The notes beneath the pieces are model-generated. The model was given only the letters and a program-made list of their open reading frames with translations, was not told the origin of the DNA and did not search any database. From Pecten maximus (taxonomy: Eukaryota): a stretch of DNA of 64,000 nucleotides. The position numbers and the translations under genes were made by a program. Position 1 is the first letter of the stretch. Every line of letters starts with the position of its first letter. Below are positions 63,583 through 64,000 of this stretch, one piece after another. The stretch is taken from positions 42,594,001 through 42,658,000 of the forward strand of contig NC_047015.1 in the NCBI RefSeq assembly GCF_902652985.1. Direction: 5' to 3'.

Positions 63583-64000
63583 TAGAAACCTTCTCCGTTA
63601 ACAAAACACAGTAGAATGTTACGTAACAATATAGATAAAGCTATTGATACATTTTAAGTATGCATCATACGTCTATTTGTTTCGAGGACAGACTCGTCGG
63701 CTGTGATAGGGATGAAAAGTGTGGAAATCCGTAAGGGAAGTCAGGGCATAAACAGATGTTAACATTCAGATAGGATACGCTTATACCATGATTTTAACAA
63801 TTCTAGATATTCAATTATCTCAAGATAACAATATTTCATGTTCAGAACAGGTGCTACTGTACTTATCATAATAATTTAGACCGAAACCTGGATGAAGCCA
63901 AACAGAACTGAATAGACTTCCATATACACGTATCACAGCTAGTTGAGGATTTTCTATCCATAGCATTTCGTTTGGGTGACTAGCCACTGTCATCTTCATT

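Overview
AT-rich animal genomic DNA, most likely from a bivalve mollusc (inferred from the V-, Meta- and CORE-like SINE content). The window holds one protein-coding gene: a + strand, 3-exon class A (rhodopsin-like) neuropeptide-type GPCR (exons 20279-21028, 49802-50023, 51195-51530; 435 aa). It has two phase-0 GT-AG introns of 28,773 and 1,171 nt. The rest is non-coding DNA and repeats: two young, oppositely oriented V-SINE copies, older SINE fragments, MITE-like elements, a palindromic dispersed repeat in two copies, and at least seven tandem arrays. Reading the minus strand by eye also suggests two decayed retroelements. One is a DIRS/Ngaro-like relic with RT, RNase H, tyrosine recombinase and SGNH-like motifs in the expected order (~3.1-5.6 kb). 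The other is a Penelope-like relic in intron 1 (~44.4-46.3 kb) with a G-rich 21-bp array, a hammerhead-like core and a 71-bp inverted repeat. I found no CRISPR array, rRNA or true tRNA. I cannot demonstrate a new biological system from sequence alone. The best leads are the Penelope/hammerhead/fold-back composite, a possible tail-less receptor isoform made by intronic polyadenylation, and the receptor's unknown ligand. All family assignments are by-eye motif recognition, not database results.
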